Source: a virus (lineage: Duplodnaviria > Caudoviricetes). From it: DNA of 64,000 nt. How positions within the stretch are numbered: position 1 is the stretch's first letter; each line of letters begins with the position of its first letter. The DNA is taken from IMG/VR virus record IMGVR_UViG_3300028888_000001. One strand, given 5' to 3'. Under the pieces are notes generated by a model, which saw nothing but the letters and a program-made list of their open reading frames with translations, made no database searches and had not been told where the DNA came from. A program made the position numbers and the translations under genes. Positions 30,901 to 43,600 of this stretch are shown here, piece by piece.

Positions 30901-32328
30901 CCACTCATTATTTATAGTATCTATAGGTAATGATGTCTCTGGTAACTCTTTAGGTTTATTAGATTCATTAATCATTTCTTTAACAGATTTACCATTAAAT
31001 TGTTTCTTCATAAATGAATCTTGTGCTGCTGTAATTCTAGCACCTCTAGAAGCACTATAATTTAACCCATTATCAGAATTATCTTCTAGATTAGAAAGAA
31101 TTCTTTTAATATCATTATCCTCTTCCAATTTATTAAGAGCATCATCTTCTGTCTTGGCAAATTTAGAAGCATCGTTAATTTTCTTTACTAGTATAGCTTT
31201 ATCTGCCTCTTTAGGCGTATCATCTGGATTTGCATTGCCAGTAAGATTATGAATCACTATGCCTTTATTTGTTTCTATCTTAGATATAATATTTGCCGCT
31301 ATAGCATCTGAACTATTCTCTTCTTGATCTTCAGGTTCTTCTACTATAGTTTCATTATTTTTAAGCTTAGTGATAAACTTAGCAAACTTCATATAAGTTT
31401 GGTTATTAACTTGATCAGAAGCAAATTTAAAATATCCATTATTGCCAATGAATACAAAATCTACACCATCAAAGCATTTAAGTTCATTTTGAGCAAAACG
31501 TACTCTTTTATATATTACGGATATTGGATTTAAATTCTTTCTATAATCGAATAATTCAGATCCATCTTCTATAGCCCATCCATCTACAGGAACAAACACT
31601 GTAATTCTTTGATAGCCAGCTTTAGTAATACGTTTGTCCATTATGAATCGTCTAATAAATTCATAATACATATCAACGCTTTTTCTTATAGTAAACTTAT
31701 TATTATTCAAATAAGCTTGATTGTAATAGTATAGATCTATAAATAAGTTAGCTTGTTTATATCTATCATAATTTAAAAATGTTTTTCTTATCCATGGATT
31801 ATCCGTTTTGACTTGAGTATACATACTAACCATGGCTTTATTGTTTCTTAATCTATCATTATATAGTAATCTTTTATATTTAGCATTAGCAGCATCAGCT
31901 TCAGTAAAATATTCGTCATCATACATCTCATTGAAAAATATTACTTTATCTTGCAATCTACAATATAAATCATTAATTTCTGATTCTTCTAGGTTGGAAA
32001 AATTCTTAACGTCTGTGGTTTCTCTAAAAACACTTGAAGCATCTTCAAGCATTACTCCATTTTGATCATATTGATAATGATCTATCTCTAATGCTCTAGA
32101 CTCATTATTTATAGTATACATTATATCTTTTTCTACATAATAAGACTGAAAAATCCTATTCTTATTAACGCAGAATTTAGAATTCATAAGCAAATTAGAA
32201 AACTCATAACTTGGTGTTAGCAATAATATAGCCGAACCCTTAAGTTTATTTTCTTTTACATATGGTAATAAGAATTGCTTTTTATATAGTCTATTGTATT
32301 TAAGATTCTCTAAACAATACATAAGCAA
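27979..32328 (-). CDS. Phage multisubunit RNA polymerase beta-like subunit (probably virion RNAP)
   Basis: 1449 aa. Beta motifs: GTVGVNR, DPFRQFMTAAQ, GFEDS, and GDKLSCLNANK...D.PY...D (equivalent to GDKxxxRHGNK). It ends before the C-terminal clamp region, as in split jumbo-phage RNAPs. Late-type promoter at 32358..32369. Confidence 0.85.
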   Translation of the reverse strand: MLMYCLENLKYNRLYKKQFLLPYVKENKLKGSAILLLTPSYEFSNLLMNSKFCVNKNRIFQSYYVEKDIMYTINNESRALEIDHYQYDQNGVMLEDASSVFRETTDVKNFSNLEESEINDLYCRLQDKVIFFNEMYDDEYFTEADAANAKYKRLLYNDRLRNNKAMVSMYTQVKTDNPWIRKTFLNYDRYKQANLFIDLYYYNQAYLNNNKFTIRKSVDMYYEFIRRFIMDKRITKAGYQRITVFVPVDGWAIEDGSELFDYRKNLNPISVIYKRVRFAQNELKCFDGVDFVFIGNNGYFKFASDQVNNQTYMKFAKFITKLKNNETIVEEPEDQEENSSDAIAANIISKIETNKGIVIHNLTGNANPDDTPKEADKAILVKKINDASKFAKTEDDALNKLEEDNDIKRILSNLEDNSDNGLNYSASRGARITAAQDSFMKKQFNGKSVKEMINESNKPKELPETSLPIDTINNEWHHIKTVNFEKEYDLEADILKCLNSLSDKNKNFPVSILDVATEDTSTSEDSIITYTVKCEGYDGKRFTLKFDIPKFRDHRFMRLRGNEKIFSIEMPLIPISKTSDSRTQIATFYNKLFVDRYNTSTGKSNPYSDRLIKTLKKYKGPKIKTIAGDNSRVCQKYNLPIDYIDIASVYSKIIFNSEEYGEITFYFNQDEIRKIPGVNAKNGLPIALSKDGKCLYYKPENNSTISQFIANAITDKEFRKIYASQSELKRATYSRCWVLNTYIPTIVILAHDIGLVPAMDLAGVKYNISENKSIDIDQDYIKLKDGYINFNNTYDSMMLMNGLKDCNTEDISIKDINKKATWVEQLDNFGGRNKSDGLDNFKDLMYDPITIEISKDYKLPTTYHEALIYASNLLVDNKYVKHTDLASNRYRTNEVIAAQFYRVLSQSYKEYAANNKRGKKFPMTMKQSAVIDLVLAQNTTSDLSVFQPLLEIEAKNTISTKGVSGLNSDRAYTLEKRSYDKSAQNIISMSTGFAGTVGVNRYTTIDASVVGGRGYFKHSDIKDNDTVTGSMSMTESLSPFMLSSDDPFRQFMTAAQTAKHGTPINVSHPQLITTGAQEALPYLTSDMFAFKAKKNGKVTEITNDYMLIQYSDGSKDYVDLSEQTKKNSDGGFYIDLQLTTNKKVGNSVKAGEVIAWDKKSFSNKIGDGKQLAYNMGYLAKVCIATNEDGFEDSGVCSEYLSKAMSSDIVVMKDVTLPASTNVLSIVKKGQLIREGEPLIIFQNAFDDEDANMLLKNLSIEDNDITTIGRSIVKSKVTGIISDIKIYRTCELKDMSESLQKIVNNRENEVKRLKSIAAGSVSNGAVNFDSVGKADVSGKMKGAENSVRIEIYSRYSDAISPGDKLSCLNANKVVLMSVYPDKDAPYTDFRPNEEIDICSSASSTDGRIITSIFKVGAMNKVLIELQRKCAEIYGKKPMTMHEIDEYFNKK

Positions 32329-32459
32329 AATCTCCTTTCGAAGATAATTTCATTGATTATTTATTTGTCCAACGAAACTTAATTGTACGAATTTAAAGCT
32401 TTTAAGACACTATAATAAATTTTTAGAGTATTAATAAAATCACTATAGGAGAAAATAAA

Positions 32460-33116
32460 ATGGAAAGATTAAATAAAATTTCAGGTACATATTATATAAG
32501 TATGAAACTAGATAACGATACCTTTGGTTACGTTAGGTCATCATCTATCATCGGTAAAAAGAAAGAAGATGATAACAAAATTAACCCTAAGTTTTATAAA
32601 ATTAACAGAACTTTGTTACATAATACTTTTAGTGGTATTAAAGATCAATTTTATGCAGCTATGAATACGCTGTATTATGATTTGATTAGCCCTGAAGCTG
32701 ATAAAAGCGAATTAGTAAATCTATTTTTTGTAGTATTCGATACTGGAGTTAAAGAATCTGTTAGAACTTGCGATGGTTATTTCATTAGATGTGATTCTAT
32801 AGATGACCTCACAAAAGATGATAAATTTAATAAGCTATATAAAGAATATGTATTAGAAGAAGATGATAAAGTAAAAGCAAGCTCTGCCGTATTTAATTTT
32901 GGTTATGTTACCAATCATATGATAGATATAAATAATTTGCTTGAAGATAAATTTGAATTTGTAGTAAGCAAATTGCAATATAACTCTATTACCGTTATAG
33001 ATCAAAAAATACAATTTGATGAGGATGATGTGTTTAGTTTTGAAGCTGATAAAATAAGCAATAATGATGTATTAAAATATGTCATTAACACAACTCAAGT
33101 TAATTTGGAGGTTTAA
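32460..33116 (+). CDS. Hypothetical protein
   Basis: 218 aa, RBS AGGAG, GACA-N6-TA at 32406..32417. Confidence 0.6.
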   Translation: MERLNKISGTYYISMKLDNDTFGYVRSSSIIGKKKEDDNKINPKFYKINRTLLHNTFSGIKDQFYAAMNTLYYDLISPEADKSELVNLFFVVFDTGVKESVRTCDGYFIRCDSIDDLTKDDKFNKLYKEYVLEEDDKVKASSAVFNFGYVTNHMIDINNLLEDKFEFVVSKLQYNSITVIDQKIQFDEDDVFSFEADKISNNDVLKYVINTTQVNLEV

Positions 33117-33122
33117 TAAAAA

Positions 33123-33470
33123 ATGAGAAGTTCTATAAACGAGTATGGAGAACCAATGAAACAATATTGTGCAAGCTTCTTTAATTATATTGCTAATGAA
33201 CAACAGATGGTATTTATCAAAGCAGCTAATTCGCAAGAAGCTTGCTCAGTAGCATTAATGTATCTTAGAAATTTTACTAAGAAAGATGCAACTCTTAAAG
33301 ACATTGACAGTATTCGTGAGATAGAAGACGCTATGTTTACGGATTACCGTCAGGAGTATAAACGTTATATGCATATTTATGACGAAGCTCCTAAGCTTCC
33401 TAATCTATTATATTCAGAGGAGGATGGATGGTATTATGTCGACGAAAGTGGAGAAAAAATTGAACTATAA
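33123..33470 (+). CDS. Hypothetical protein
   Basis: 115 aa, RBS GGAGG. Confidence 0.6.
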   Translation: MRSSINEYGEPMKQYCASFFNYIANEQQMVFIKAANSQEACSVALMYLRNFTKKDATLKDIDSIREIEDAMFTDYRQEYKRYMHIYDEAPKLPNLLYSEEDGWYYVDESGEKIEL

Positions 33471-33612
33471 TCTTGTCGTGAAAGATAATAACGAGAATGA
33501 AGAAGATGAGTATAAAGATACTATCCATTCTTATCGTGATGAAATCGGCGACGATGATTACGATTATATAAATGGCCGTCATGCTAGTTACGATGACGAG
33601 TATTATGATTAA
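33436..33612 (+). CDS. Small acidic hypothetical protein (start uncertain)
   Basis: Asp/Glu/Tyr-rich frame filling the gap between neighbouring genes; several candidate starts. Confidence 0.4.
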   Translation: MSTKVEKKLNYNLVVKDNNENEEDEYKDTIHSYRDEIGDDDYDYINGRHASYDDEYYD

Positions 33613-33629
33613 AAAGAGATGGCATTATT

Positions 33630-33815
33630 ATGGCTAAAGTAAAATCTACCGAAGGAAAAAGAGATTTTATAGCATTCATTTCTAGTATGAGCGATACAGA
33701 AATAAATGATTATATAAAATCTCACGGTAAACCACCAAAGAAAATAGAAATAATCCAGTTAGTAGATAAATCCAGCAGGAGTTTAGAAGAATGGTTGAAA
33801 TGTTTAAACAGTTAA
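33630..33815 (+). CDS. Small hypothetical protein
   Basis: 61 aa, co-oriented in the cluster. Confidence 0.55.
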   Translation: MAKVKSTEGKRDFIAFISSMSDTEINDYIKSHGKPPKKIEIIQLVDKSSRSLEEWLKCLNS

Positions 33816-33994
33816 AAAACGTTGCATTTATAATCTGTATTTCTTTCATCACTTATCAAGCGATGAGAATGACCAATAATGTAAAGTGGATATGGTTTAT
33901 GTTATTTGGATTATTTGCTTTATAATAAAGTGATATAAAGAATAATACAGTTATAAAATATATAATATTTTTATTTTAAAGGAGGCACAACAAA

Positions 33995-34543
33995 ATGAAA
34001 GATGTAACAAGAGTACAGGATCTTATTAAGCAAATTCAGGATACTAGAACACAGACAGCAGCCAATGCTAAAGATGAAGTTAGGGTAGCTCAAGCTATGC
34101 TTAACGATCCTGAGTATAAGGTTGATATCTATACTAAGAAAGGCATCCAAGGTCAGTATTGTCCATATGAAGAAACCAGAGCTATGTGCGCTGATATTAT
34201 TAAAGACACAACTAAGATGTCTCAGGCTGAAGCTGAAGAGTTATCCAAGAATTATCAGTTTGATAAGAATACAGCACAGACCATGGTAAACTTCAGTAAA
34301 GAGTTTGTTAATACATATATTCAGACTGGAAGAAAGCTACCGCTTGGTGGAAGAGAGCGTTCTAATGTGCAGCTAGCTCTCAAAACAAAAGAAGCCAAAG
34401 TTGCTACATTCCCGTCTGCTACATCGGTTGATGCTAATGGTAATAAGATTTATTCCACTACACAGGGTAAGCTTGTTCCAGAACATGATACAGTTAAGGT
34501 CTTTTCAAGCTGTCCTGCATGGTTACAGGATAAATCAGAGTGA
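33995..34543 (+). CDS. Hypothetical phage protein
   Basis: 182 aa, strong RBS AAAGGAGG, followed by a terminator. Confidence 0.65.
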   Translation: MKDVTRVQDLIKQIQDTRTQTAANAKDEVRVAQAMLNDPEYKVDIYTKKGIQGQYCPYEETRAMCADIIKDTTKMSQAEAEELSKNYQFDKNTAQTMVNFSKEFVNTYIQTGRKLPLGGRERSNVQLALKTKEAKVATFPSATSVDANGNKIYSTTQGKLVPEHDTVKVFSSCPAWLQDKSE

Positions 34544-34648
34544 TTATATAAATACATATCGGAACCCGGAGGGAGAAATCCCTCCGGATTATTTTTTGTT
34601 TAAATTTGACATTTTAGTAATTTTAGTATAAAAGGAGGCTAAAAATCA

Positions 34649-37600
34649 ATGGCTTTCAAACTACCAAAATTAACCCGCTCAAACACAAATTACTTAAAGA
34701 ACGCTGTTAAATCTATAACTTTTATCGCTGCAGATGTGGCTAAGTCTGATCTTGTCCCTGCAGTAAGCGATTTCGTCGAAAGTAATAAAGATTTCGTTAA
34801 AGCCACTTACAGTAATATCCGAATTCCAAAGATGAAAGATAGGAGGAATATTTCTGCTTTTAGTAATAATAAAATCTTCCAAGCTGTAAATTATGGTATT
34901 AACAATCTTAAAACCGATCTCGCATCAGGCGATTTCTATGCTAAAGCTAGAGCAGATGCTGACCTAGCTGAAGTAATGGGATTCGATATGTCTGATTGGG
35001 ATGATTTAGATAATTTTGATTTCGAAAACTTTGATGACATCGATAACGCTCCCAGTGCTGAGCCTCAAATGACTAAAGGCGATGCAGCCATAGTTAAATC
35101 AATAGAAGCAACCTCTAGCGCTAGCGCTAGAGCTACAGTTAACGCCGTTGTGAGCAGTACAGAGCAAAGTATAAAAAGTTCTAGGCTCATTTCTGGTATG
35201 CTATTCCAACAGCAGGAAAAAATATTTGCTTCTACGCATAGAGATCTCTCACTTATTGGAGGAACACTATCTTCACTATTTGAATTTACTAAAGGAGTTC
35301 TTGGCAATATTGATAGCAATCTTAGTGAATTTCAGACTGAAATGCTGAAGACAACAAATGCACAGACTGAAATTCTAAAAGATATCTTAGAGATCCAAAG
35401 AAATCAATATAAGTCAGCACAAGAACGTGAACTAGAAAACGCACAGAAACGCTCATCCAAACGCAAGCGGCTAGGAGACATATACGGCATAGATGATTAT
35501 GTCGATATGGTTAAAGATAATGTAAGTTCTCTTATGTCTGAGTTTGGGTTTGGCGGAGATGAAGGCGGTTTAGGCGTTGATTCAATAATAAAAATGTTTG
35601 GGGCTGCTCCTGTAAAGGAGATTTTAACATTTGGTATGTCTAAAATGATACCATCTATAGTAAAAACAGCTACCCAAGCATTGGATACTACTATATCAAG
35701 TGTGTTTGCTAATATAATGGCAAGGCTTGATAATAATAAAGATGACTTTGGTATTCTAGGTTTTATCTCTAGAATATTTGGTGTTAACACTGACGTTTCT
35801 TCAACTATCAACACAGCTAAATATGAAAAAGGTCCAGTGCCATTTGATGGTATAACTAGAAAAGCAATTATCGATGTTATACCTGGATATCTGTCTAGAA
35901 TAGAAGCATTCTTAACTGGAAAGCCGATGCAAGATTTTGACTTCGAAAGTGGTAGATGGCAAGATCTTGCTAAGGGCAGAACTAGATTTGAAAAAGCAAA
36001 ACAAGACCGTATTAACTATGCATTATATGATGTTAAAAATGCTGGTTTTGAAGACGCTGTTAAAAACGCTGCCCCATCGAATGAAGCTGAAAAGAAAAAA
36101 TGGGAAAAAGCTGCAAACGATTTTCTTAATGAGTTTCTAGCTAAAAGATTAGGTGTTTATAATGCAAACGTAACAGATCCAGATAAAAATGGCATAGATA
36201 TAACAAAAAATCCAGAGTTATATAAATACTTCTCTCAACTTTTAAAGATATATGATACATTTGACGCTGAAGAGTACACTGACTCTAAAGGTAGAAAAAG
36301 AACAAGATACACTAAATCTAGTGTAAAAGCTAAACTGCCTGCAGAGTTAATGGAAGCAAGAACAGCCCAACAAAGAGCTATTGAAGAAATGGGCTCTACT
36401 GGGCATTCGTCTGTAGTAAAAGCATTTGAATATAAAGATGCTGCTATACCTGAATTTGCTGAAAGCTTTGTAGATAGACTCGCTGGTAAATTTGGGAGCA
36501 CGAATTTAAGTACTCAATCAATAAACGATCTCTTTTCTTATAGAGATAATTATGGTAATACATTGCATACATATCTCTATAATATAAACAGAGAACTTCA
36601 ATACATAAGGCTATATGGTAGCACGTCTGCAGCAGCTCCTAAACCAGAAAACACAAGTAGCGCTAGGAGTAATATTATTGGTAGTATAACCGGAGCGGAT
36701 CAAGCATTTTTCAGTTCTAGATATGGAAGTACAATCAATAATACTGCATCTACAACGTCTACAGCATCAGATGCTGCTAGAAGATTTGAAGCTATTGATC
36801 TTAGAGACGTAGCTTATCTCAATGAACAAGAAAGACTTAGACAAGAAAGATTAGCTGCAGAAGAAGAGGCTAGACAAAAAGCTGAAGATGAAGCTAGGCA
36901 GAAAGCCGAAGCAGCCGCTAAATCTAATTATAAAAAGAGTACATTTGCTAAGATTTTAAGTGATGATACACTAGATCTTAGAAGCTTTTCTGGTGATGAA
37001 AGAGATTATGTTTTAGGCCTTAGTAAGCTTGCCGCTAGAGGCCAATCTGACAAGATTAGAGCTATATACGAAGACGTTAATGATACTACAGATGGATACA
37101 ACGAAAAGAAAGTTTCTGATTTCTTTAAGAAACAATTTATCGATGCTGGTATCACGTCTAAAGAATTATATGAAACGGCTATTTCTCGTGCTGACGCTCA
37201 AGGCAAACGAACCTATGAAGTTATCAGTGATTCTGAAAGATCTTTCTTAAATAAAATTTTAAGAAAGATTAAAATTGCTCGTGAAGGTAGTTTTCTAGAT
37301 AACATCACGGCAGCTCCAGCTAAGGCATTTTCTAATATCTTGTATAGTGCTGATAGAGCAATTTACGAGATGTTTTTCAAATATGAATTTAAAGATGAGA
37401 ACGGTAATGACTATAATGGATTCTTAGACTTTCTTGCTGGGCAGACTAAGAGCGTTATTGATAAAATTAAGACTCAGATATTCGATCCGTTAAGAGAGAA
37501 ATTCAATAATTTCATTGAAGGTACAATCTTTAAGAAAGAAAACAGAGAAGAATTCTTTAAGGGACTTAAAGAGACTTTCTTAGGAGGAGCCAGTAAAATT

Positions 37601-40600
37601 GGCTCTACTGTAGTTACAGGAACCAACGAAGTTATAGTACAGCCAGCTTTAAATGCTGCTGATGCTGCAGGCATCAAAGGTAAAGCTGAAGAAATAGTCA
37701 ATAGAGTTTTTAACAATGGAGAAGAACAGCCAGCTGCAGCAACTCAACAAGTTGAGCAGCCAGCTCAACAACAAACTACAGAACAGACTGCAGAGCATAA
37801 TGCTTTAGGTTCATTAGGAAGGCCATATACTGGAAGAACAATGCTAACTAAAGGCGAGGTTCTTCTTAACGGTAGAGGTGCTCAAGTTGTTCCTAAAACA
37901 GGACTGTATAATGTAGTAAATTCTCATATTGTTAATACTGAAGATGCTCATGATTATCTTGGTGTACCAGGCCCTAGAACTACTATTACTCAAGCTAAAG
38001 CTGCTGAGAATGCTGCTGAAAAAAGAATATTTGGTAGGCACGCTGAAGGTACTATAGATATCGATAAATTTATAAACTCTCAAGGCAATATATTTAATAA
38101 GAAATACACCAAGATGAGTAAAGACGAAGCTCAGCAAATTGTTAAAGACGCTGTTGGTGACGCTAAGAGTGTTGGACAAATTGCTGGTGGCGGTCTTCTA
38201 GGTGCATTAATATCTGGTATATTCGGTCTTGCCGGTGGTCCTCTTGTAGGTGCTGGTGTTGGTGCCGCTATTACTCTTGCCAAGAAATCAAAGACTTTAC
38301 AGAATTTCTTATTTGGTAAGGTTGGAGAAAATGGTGAAAGAGAAGATAACGGTATTATAAAGAAATCTGTACAGGACGCATTTAAGAAATATGCACCAGA
38401 TATGGCTAAATTTGCTGGTGCTGGTTTTGCCGCTAGTTTAATAACTCCTTTAGGTCCTGTAGGCGGTATTATGCTAGGTGCTGCCGCTGGTTATCTGAAG
38501 AATAACGAAGAGATGAGAGAACGGATCTTCGGTAGATTAAAGATCGGCGACAAAGAAAAAGAAGTCATAAAGAAAATGCTTCCTGCTGGGCTTAAAGGTG
38601 CAAGCGTTGGTGCCATTGCTACATTATTTGGAGGGCCATTTGGTCTTATAGGTAATGCTGCTCTTGGCGGTGCTATTGGCATGATGACTAGCACTGAAGA
38701 ATTTAAGAAGTTGATGCTCGGTGAGAGAATCAATGGTGTTCTTCAAGGCGGTATATTACAGCCAATAAAAGATGCTTTTGCTCCTATAGCTGAAGCTGGT
38801 AATGAATTTAAAGATCGTATATTCTCTGCTATTGATGATAATATTATAACTCCAATACAAAGATTTATTAAGCCTACATTACACGCTATACCTAGAGCTT
38901 TAGGCTTTATTCCTAGAATAATAGCACAAACACTATTAGATAAGAAATTTGCTTTGGGGATGAGCGGTATATTTGCTGATCTTATCGTTAAGCCTATAAC
39001 TGGAGCATTGATGCCTATAGCTAAAATAGGTGGATCACTTACTAGAGCAGCAACTACTCCAGTGAGATTATTAGGTGCAGTCGGTAATAAGCTCCATAAA
39101 GGCCAAATAGATAAAAGAACAGATACATATGAAACCGCAGCTGAAAGGGTAGCATTTAATACAGATGTATTAGGTAGAAAATCTAGTCAATATGATTTAA
39201 ATCTTGCTAATATCGGTAAAGAAGGTGGAATGTCTGTAGAAAGAGCTAAGACTATTTCTCAGGCTATTACACTATATACCACGTCAAGAGAAACACTATC
39301 TAGACAGAAACACGGTGTAGAAAGAGAAATCTTAAAAGTCCTTAATGGATGGAAGGGCAATAACGGTCAAACTTTACCTAGGAAGATTAAAGCTTCCTGT
39401 GTTAAAGCTATAGATTCTGGTCGTCCAGCTGCTATTGCTAATATTCTTAGGGGAGCTGGTTTATCTAATAATGAAATGAGTGCTCTTTGGGAGCAGCTTA
39501 AACCATTAATAGATAACTGGACTGAGTTACACACTAAAGAACAAGAAGCTCGTAATATGTCTGATGCTGATAAAACTAAGATGGGTAAAGATCTTAGAGC
39601 GGCATTTAGAGACGAGCTAGGCATTGAAGGAAAGGCATTAAAGAATCTAGATTTTAATAATATGGATCAAATGAGAAATATCAGTAAACAGCTTAATCTT
39701 GAAATTGAAGATAGAGAAGCTCTAGCTGGTATGAAAGCTCCTGAGATCCAAATTAGTGAGAACGTAGATACTATTAGAGATATTATTGTCAAATGGGCAA
39801 CTAAAGGTATAAAATTAGCTGACCCTGAGGATGATACTTATGATGAAGATATCCAAAGTGCAATAGAAAAGCATACTAATCTCGGTAAAGCCGATAGGAG
39901 TATTGCTAAAGCATTAGCTAGAGGTACAAAACAATCTGATTCTATAGGTGATGATGAATTAGATGATAGAGCTAATGATGAGTTAACTAGACAAGTTAAA
40001 GGTAAAGGTATTCCGATAGTTGGTGCTCTACCAGTTATTAGACGCTTACCGTTTATAGGTAGAAAAAGTAATATTCATTTCATGCACGCTAGCAAGCCAT
40101 CAAGACTTGTTGATAAGTATTCCAAGAAATATGGATTACCATCAAGCATAGTCAATGTGCTTGCTAATATGAATATGCTAAATGCGCCATCATTAAAATC
40201 CATTAAGACTTTATATAAGAAAGTTGCATTTGATGCTACTGGAGCTGGATATATTGCAGCTTGTTCTAGAGCGAAAATCAACGGTTTAGTTAAGATTTTT
40301 AATAATGAAGATTTTACTAATTATTTCGAAAATCGTGCTAATAATAATAAATTTATAACTCCAGATGAAATTAAATATTTAACAAAAAGCTGTCATAGTA
40401 GAGTATTTAGAAGAACTTTATTTAATAGATTACGCAGAGTAGTTGAAAATGAAGCATGGGATAAGTTTGAAAACATTATCGCTATATGCGAGATGGATGG
40501 CAATACTGCTGCAGAGCTTCAAGCTAAGATAGGCGTCGGCAGCGATAGGTCTTACAATTTCTTCAATGATGCAGAAACTAATGCTGCTATAGATAAAGAG

Positions 40601-43600
40601 CGTAAAGCTAGAGCTGCTGGTCAGCAAGCTAATGCAACTCAAGAGATCGCTCAGGAACAACAGGCAGCTGCTCAAGAAACAGCTCCAGATCATAACTTCT
40701 TAGGTTCTATCATCGGTGGTTTAGGATCTGTTGCTGGAGGTCTTCTAGGTGGTGCTAGTAAAGCAGTACTTGGATTAGGCGGTGGCTTATTAAGTGGCTT
40801 AGGCAATATTATAGGTGGCATCGGAAAAGGAATATCAAATCTTCTTGGTTTTGGTAAAGACAAAAATCAAGAGGGCGGTCAAGCACAAAATCCAGCTATT
40901 GTTGGAGGGGCTGTACAAGCAGCAACTGAAAACGCAGGTGGTGGCGTTACTGGTTTATCTGAAGATGTAGATAAACGAGGTGACGATACAGATGTAGTAT
41001 ATGACCAAGAAACTAGCACTGGTATCAAAATAAGAGAGAAAAATGATGGTACCGTAGAGCCAGATACAAGAGATCAAGCAACCAAAGCTGCTCTAAATTG
41101 GAAAGCTGTTAAGCAGAAAGCTCAAGAAACATCTCAAGCTATTGCAGATAAAGCTAATCAGGCAATTACTGCTGCTTTAGGCGCTGCTGATGCTGCTAAG
41201 CACACCGCTAAGAAAGGCATGGGCTGGCTAACCAAGTTATTACTTGGAGGAATGCTAGCTAAAGGCTTATTAAACTCTGGTGTATTTAAACGAATAAAAG
41301 AAAACTATCTATCTCCACTATGGAATAATGCAATTAAACCTAAACTACTTGGAATTGGCTCTTGGATTATAAATGAAGCAATCCCAGGAATATGGAATTT
41401 TGCTACTAAAACAATTTGGCCTAAAGTTAAAAACTTCTTACAAGAAGACCTACCAAATTTCTTTACTAAAACTTTACCTGGGCTAGCATCTAAAGTAGTT
41501 ACTGGAATAATTTCTGTAAAAGATTTTGTGGTAAAAGATGTATTGCCGACTGTATGGGAATTTGTAACTACAGATTTTGTTCCATTTGTTACTAAGTACT
41601 TTACTGAAGATATTCCCAATTTATTCTTAAAGAACATTCCAGCTTTAGGCACTAATATAAATGAATGGTGGAATGGTGATGGCTCTGAAGGATCAGGAGC
41701 CAAAAACGATATATTAAATAAAATAAACGAAGCTAAAGATGCCGTAACTAATTGGTGGAATGGCGATGGTACTGAAGGCAGCGGTGCTAAAAATTATGTT
41801 AGTAACGCTATCCATGGCGTTGGTACAGCTATAAGTGATCTGTGGAATGGTACAGAATCCAACGAAGGCATTAAAACATGGTTAGGTGATGCTATAGGTG
41901 GTGTTACAACTGGCATCGGTAATTGGTGGAACGGTGATGGAACAGAAGGCTCTGGCTTTAAGAACACATTTAAAGATATTCTTAAAAATGACGTTGGGCC
42001 TTTCTTATCTGAGACTTTCTTCCCGGCACTTGGTACTTTCTTACATGATGCTGTTCTTCCAGCAGTGGGCACTATTTTAAGCTCTTTAGCCAAATCTATC
42101 ATCAAAGGTATTGTACCATCGACAGCAGATCTAGTAGGCAGTCTATTAGATAATACTGTAGCTGAAGATAATAATGTCGGAGCCACAGCTACTGTTGATC
42201 CTAAGAAAATAATAGAAGAAAAAGGCGAGGACTACGTTACCGCACTTAAAGATGAAAACGGTAAAAAGCTAACAGCTAAAGACTTAGCTGAGGGCAATTA
42301 TAAAAACGTATATAATACAGAATGGGCCAAAGGTAAAAAGAATGAAGATGGCACCGTGACATTTACAGATAGATCAGCTAATGGTTCAGAATATGCTGAA
42401 GCTGCCTTAAATGCAACATTGCATAGCATTACAAATCCGGCAATGGCACAAAATGTCATTAAGATGGCTGATTTTATGGCTAAAAACGGTGGTAAAGTAA
42501 TCACCGGAATTGGAAAAGTTGGTAGTCATATACCAGTTGTAGGTGGAGCCTTTAAATTAGGAGCGACTGCTGGCAATGCAATGCTTCAAGGCACAGCTAA
42601 AGCTCTAACAACGCCAGCTAGACTTGGTGTAAAAATATCTCAATCTGGGCCATTCAAAGCTATTGCTACTAAGTTAGATGAAGCTCTTGAGGCTTTATTA
42701 ACACATTCTACAATATTAAATAGACTTAAAAATTGTGCCATCGGTCAAGGTATTTCTAACTTTGCGGCATGGTTAAAAAATGTTAAAAATAGTTTAACAA
42801 GTGTATTCCATAAAGCAACTACAGAAGCTGTACAAACAGCTACAGATGCTGAAATAACAACTGCAGTTAAAGCAGCAGGAAAAGCACTTGCTATAGCTCA
42901 ACTTGTAGCTGATTTCTTGATTGGTTGCGATAGAGCTGAATCTATTGTAGGTGTAACAGAAACATCATTCTTAGAAGAAATCATCTGCGGATTTATTAAC
43001 GCTATAGTTAATTACTTCTTTATATTCGCAATGTATCCTGGCGTGAATAAGATTGCTAGGTGGCTATTTGAAAAATTCTGCTCTGATTATGAGGAAAGAA
43101 GAAAAGAAGCCGAAGCTGAATACGAAGAATATCTTAAGAATAATACTGATGCCAGCTCAACAAAAACATTTGAAGAGTATCTAAGACAAAAATACTCTGC
43201 AACTGGATTTATTACTGAATCCATTAAGGATGCTTTTGCTGGTGTATTTAAAGATACTTCTGTTGTTACATTGGAGAATTCTCCGTCTGTAGCCTTATCA
43301 TATAATGGCGATTGGGAATATACATACGATATGACCGATGCTGATGTAGCTAAGCATTATTCCGAGTTATCTAGAAAGAAGATTAGACAGCTTGAGACTG
43401 ATGCTATGGCCGATTATCGTAATGGCGGCGGTCGTCAATTAGAAATATTAAAACGTATACAATATATTAAAGATAATAATCCAGAATTAATTACAAATGA
43501 TAATCAGGGTCAATATCTGTGGACAGAAGATTTATCTGACCAAGATATTCTCAACATGTTTAAGGACTATCAAGATCAAGGCTTATTAGATCAAATAGAA

